Source: Paraspadella gotoi (Eukaryota > Animalia > Chaetognatha). Taken from it: DNA of 64,000 nucleotides. The translations under genes and the position numbers were made by a program. The notes under the pieces were generated by a model, which ran no database searches, was not told the DNA's origin, and saw only the letters and a program-made list of their open reading frames with translations. The stretch is from NCBI GenBank assembly GCA_051294375.1, contig CM119265.1:482457-546456 (forward strand), given 5' to 3'. How positions within the stretch are numbered: position 1 is the first letter of the stretch; each line of letters starts with the position of its first letter. Shown piece by piece: positions 59,801 through 64,000 of this stretch.

Positions 59801-62800
59801 CGGTAGCGATGGTTCGTCTCGCTCTCACTGCAGCTTCAGGTCTATCTCATCTCCACACAGAAATATACGGGACTCAGGGAAAACCAGCAATTGCTCATCG
59901 GTAAGTGTATCAGATGGTTGAGCCTTTGCAATTTGCTATTGCCTCTCGTTGTGATGTAATGTAATGTTTTTTTTTCAGCGACATTAAATCTAAAAATATT
60001 CTCGTGAAACGAAATGGAGCGGCCTGCATTGCTGACTTTGGCCTTGCAGTCAGGTATGTGATTGTCTCGTATTGGGTATTGGGCATGTGTTGGGCATTAA
60101 GGCATTGTCAATAAGTTACATACGAAAAATCTAAAAGTCAATTATGAACAACATACCATCAGTGAACATTAATTTGTAAAAAAAATAAAATAAGCTTTTC
60201 TTAATTTTGATTGCAGATTTGAATTCTTCGTCAAAAGTTGATAGAAGAAAGTATAAATCATTTTTAAAAATTCTTTCATTTAGTGGGTTTAAATTAAAAA
60301 AACTATATTTAATATATAAAAAGTTAATTTTCAGCTTAAAATATAGCTTTTTCTAATTTTTAACCCACTTAATGAGTGAATTTTTTAAAAAGAGTTATAT
60401 TTCTTTTTATCAACTTTTTTTTACGAATTCCAATCTGCAAAAAAATCTTAGAAAAAACTGTTTTGAAATTTTAACATTTATTAGTTTAGTACTAGTATAA
60501 ATATGGCCTACTGCGTAAATTGTAAAATTTATTATAATTTTTTTTATTACATAAATGTTCATTAATATAATGTTGTTCGTTCCTCACTTTTAGAATTTTA
60601 ATTAAAGTTAAATTTAGAAATTTTACTACGCCTTAATGGTCAATTGATTCTACTTAATGAGATAGTATTATTTTATATCCTAACGATGATTGTTGATTAA
60701 TATCTCCATTCCACCTTTAGTTGCGCCGCGAGTACTCGCGGAGCAACTCTGTCATTTTTCGGTCGGTCGGTCGGTATGTCTGTCCGTCGTTCTGTCCTAC
60801 AATACGTTAAAAATGCTCATAACTTTCATATAATTGGTTGTTCAATGATCATTTATTAAGAAAGGAAAATCTTCAAATTTAAGTGACTTATTGCGCCGCC
60901 TTCAGGAAATCCTAAAACTGTAAAAAACAAAAGACGTATTCCGATGGAGTGCGTGTCATAAATTCATAAATACCCATATTATGATAATTCATCTGTCTCC
61001 TTTTATTTAGGTACATGTCTGATTCCAACGAAGTGGACATTTCCCCAAACACCCGACAAGGAACGAAACGCTACATGGCACCAGAAGTCTTAAGCGAAAC
61101 TCTTAATAGATCATCTTTTGATTCTTATAAAACAGCGGACATGTACTCATTTGGATTAGTGCTATGGGAGATCGCGAGAAGGTGAGAGAGGGAGTGAGAG
61201 AAAAGGAGAGAGAGAGAGAGAGAGAAGTAAGGAAGAGAGTGCGAGAGATAGGGGAGAGAGAGGTTAAAGGGAGGGAGAGAGAGAACGCTGGTATAAAAGA
61301 AAAGAAATACATAGATGACTGGTTTTTATTGAGAGATAAAAAGAAAATGCGAGAGGAGTCTAGATTTAGGAATCATTAGTTTTAAATAATTAATGATTAA
61401 TATTAAATAAATGTTTATAGATGCGTCTGCGGTGGAATTGTTGATGATTATCAACTGCCTTACCATGATGTCGTTTCGACTGATCCAAGTTTTGACGACA
61501 TGAAAAAGGTAAGTTAGTTTGGATACAAAGATGGTCACTGCTAAGGTAGAAATGGTTACCAAATGATTTAATAATTTAGGTTTAGGCTGGCTCTCATGAG
61601 TTAAATCATATATACCTGTTTCAAAATATTAATATAGTAAAAACCTGTAATAGCTTGAAGTGAAAGTTTGAAATCAAAATTTATAAAATAAATCTTGAAA
61701 ACTATACTATTGATAAATCATAATCTGTATTTTTCTTTTTTATTTTTATGGTATCCCAGTCAGCTTATTTTGTATAATAAGGCATAGTAAAATTTCTAAA
61801 TTTAAAATTCTAAAAGTGAGGAACGAACAACATTATACTAATGAACATTTACGTATAAAAAAATTTATAAATTTTATAATTTACGCAGTAGGCCATATTT
61901 ATACTAGTACTAATCCAATAAATGTTAAAATTTCAAAACAGTTTTTTCTAATATTTTTTTGCAGATTTGGATTCGTCATAAAAAGTCGATAAAAAAAATA
62001 TAACTCTTTTTGAAAAATTCTTTCATTAAGTGGGTCAAAAATTAAAAAAAAGCTATATTTTTAGCTGAAAATTAATTTTTTATATTTTAAAAATTTTAAA
62101 AATGATTTATATTTTCTTATATCAACTTTTGACAAGGAATTTAAATCTGCAATCAAAATTAAGAAAAGCCTATTTTGAAATTTTTCGATTTTATAATAAT
62201 ATATATATATATAAATATAGCCTACTGCAAAAATTAAAAAACATAAAATTAATTTTTTTTACAAATTAATGTTCACTGATGGTATGTTGTTCATAATTGC
62301 CTTTTAGAATTTCTGTACTTAACTTTCACCACGCTCTATTGTATAATATATATAATGTCAAAATTTCCAAATTTTTTTTTTAAATTCTGAAGACAGATAC
62401 AGATTCCTTAAAAAAGTTTGTTTTTTGCAAAGATTAATATTTTCTTATTTTTTTAAGCAGAAAATTAAAAAACGGTATCTTAAATATGTATAGTTTTTTG
62501 ATATTTTTGACCACTTTAAAATAATTTTTAAAAATAAGTTAACTTTCTTTTATTAACTTTATGCAAGGAATTCAAAACCGGTTTTGAAATTCAATTCCTC
62601 TTTTGAAATTTTAACCTATTATTTTGGTATTAAAAAATAAAAAAAAAAATTTACTTATTAATATACATAAATATAGCTTACTGGGGCCTAGTAATGGATA
62701 AAGTTTTTAAATAAATATATCAAAGTATTGTTATGGGTTTTATTATTTTCACGTCATTCTACCCTGCAAGTTTTTAATGTGTTGTCTTAACTTTATTTAA

Positions 62801-63216
62801 CATATTTTTTTAAACTTTTTTCCCCCTCTTTCTCCCTCTTCGCTCTCTATTTTTTCTCTCTCCCACTCTCTCTACCCCCTATCTCTCTCTCTCACTGTTC
62901 TCTCTCTCCCTCTCTCCCCCTCTTCCCCTCTCTCTCACTATTCTCTCTCTCTTCCCCTCACTCCTACCTCTCTCTCCCTTCCCCTCACTCCTACCTCTCT
63001 CTCCCTTTCCCCTTTTCCCATTATCAGGTTGTCTGTATAGAGAAAATCCGTCCGTCCATCCCCAACAGATGGCAGAGCGACGAATACATGCGTCTCATGG
63101 CGAAATTGATGTCTGAATGTTGGCATCCCAATCCAGCGGCAAGACTCACTGCGTTAAGAGTCAAAAAAACTCTTAGCAAATTGGAACAGGGCTGGGATTT
63201 TAAGGTTAACGTTTGA
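56871..63216 (+). CDS. tkv: BMP type I receptor Ser/Thr kinase (thickveins / BMPR1 / ALK3/6), 10 coding exons
   Basis: Exons 56871-57039, 57426-57586, 57834-57991, 58848-58995, 59175-59419, 59763-59900, 59979-60053, 61011-61181, 61421-61508, 63028-63216 splice in phase: signal peptide, CCDDEDLCN box, TM, GS box [19 protein letters not shown]45 loop [42 protein letters not shown]. Confidence 0.96.
60120..60600. mobile_element. MITE-like fold-back repeat, copy 1 (intron 7 of tkv)
   Basis: Imperfect internal inverted ends; reverse-complement match to 61800-62315. Confidence 0.7.
61800..62315. mobile_element. MITE-like fold-back repeat, copy 2, opposite orientation (intron 9 of tkv)
   Basis: CTAAAAGTGAGGAACGAACAACATTATA and TGTTCACTGATGGTATGTTGTTCATAATTG are reverse complements of copy 1 ends. 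Confidence 0.7.
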
Positions 63217-64000
63217 CCTTAAAGAAAAATTGTCATTTTTTGGGGTCAGAGGGTCATCCTCTTTTCGTATTCCATTTCATTTTAATTTCAATTCCGACAT
63301 TTTTCATATTTGTTTTCATAATAGTTCATTTCTTTCTTTATTTCTTATTTTATTCTCAAACCAGTTTTAATCAGTTTTCACTTTGTCTTAGAAATTTTCT
63401 AATTTCGTGCGGCGAATTTAATACTTAGATGACATCTCACAAACAAACGAACATAAATTGTTTCCGTCAGAAAAAATGTAGTCATCGGTTAACATTTTTT
63501 TTATATTTTTTTTTTTTTTTTTTGTCAACAAACTTTGTTTGGTCTAATTTTTTCTTTTGTTTAATTTTCAATCTCAAAATTTGTTTCGGGCACAAAAAAA
63601 TAATTCAAATATTAAACCAAAAAAACGTTTTGCTATACTGTCGTGACTAGTTTAATTTGTTATACACAATTGTGTTTGAAACTGAATATTAGTCTAATGC
63701 ACAAAAAGAAGGGCACAAATGTTTTGATAATTATGACAAAAATGAGAGCCACTTTTTTTTGAAAATTACACTGTGCTTCCAACTTAGTTTTCCTAATGGC
63801 AACTTGAGTTTAATTTACACTAATATACATTACTTTCCTTTTTTATCAATTTTTTATTAAAATTTGTTTGACCTTTTTTACTAAAAACCTTTTTTTTTAA
63901 ATTTTAACTTTTTTCTTGTTTGTTTTGATTTTCGCTTCTCACGTTTTGTTAAAACCGATTTGAATGATGATTCTTCCCAATACGAGAAGATAGAGATGGA

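Overview
Animal (invertebrate-like, AT-rich, intron-containing) genomic DNA that reads as a left chromosome end. Bases 1-20.7 kb are four (CCCTAA)n telomeric tracts, all in the same polarity. They are interleaved with Ty3/Gypsy LTR retrotransposons of CsRn1/Boudicca type (CHCC Gag box, tRNA-Trp-like PBS, GPY/F integrase): two full-length elements with open ORFs (B +, C -), one running off the window (A -), and two distally truncated relics (D, E). All four readable right-hand junctions are CA|ACCC, consistent with a 4-bp TSD inside a palindromic TA-N4-TA site. A, B and C share a slippery-heptamer/6-nt spacer/stem -1 frameshift cassette and an atypical DGG protease motif. B and C share a conserved integrase C-terminal motif, and the B, C and E LTRs carry tRNA-like A-box/B-box units. 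Proximally lie: a secreted-protein gene, a Ras-like GTPase, a TMEM196-like gene, a KCNMB/CaKB-like gene, an XK-like membrane ORF and a complete 10-exon BMP type I receptor (tkv/ALK3/6). The same region holds a TRIM with tRNA-Gly-derived LTRs, tRNA-containing solo LTRs, a Penelope-type hammerhead palindrome, MITEs, a LINE fragment in a 64-bp satellite and many microsatellites. The sequence is visibly noisy (homopolymer indels, 10-N blocks) below about 31 kb, and all calls are by eye without database searches.
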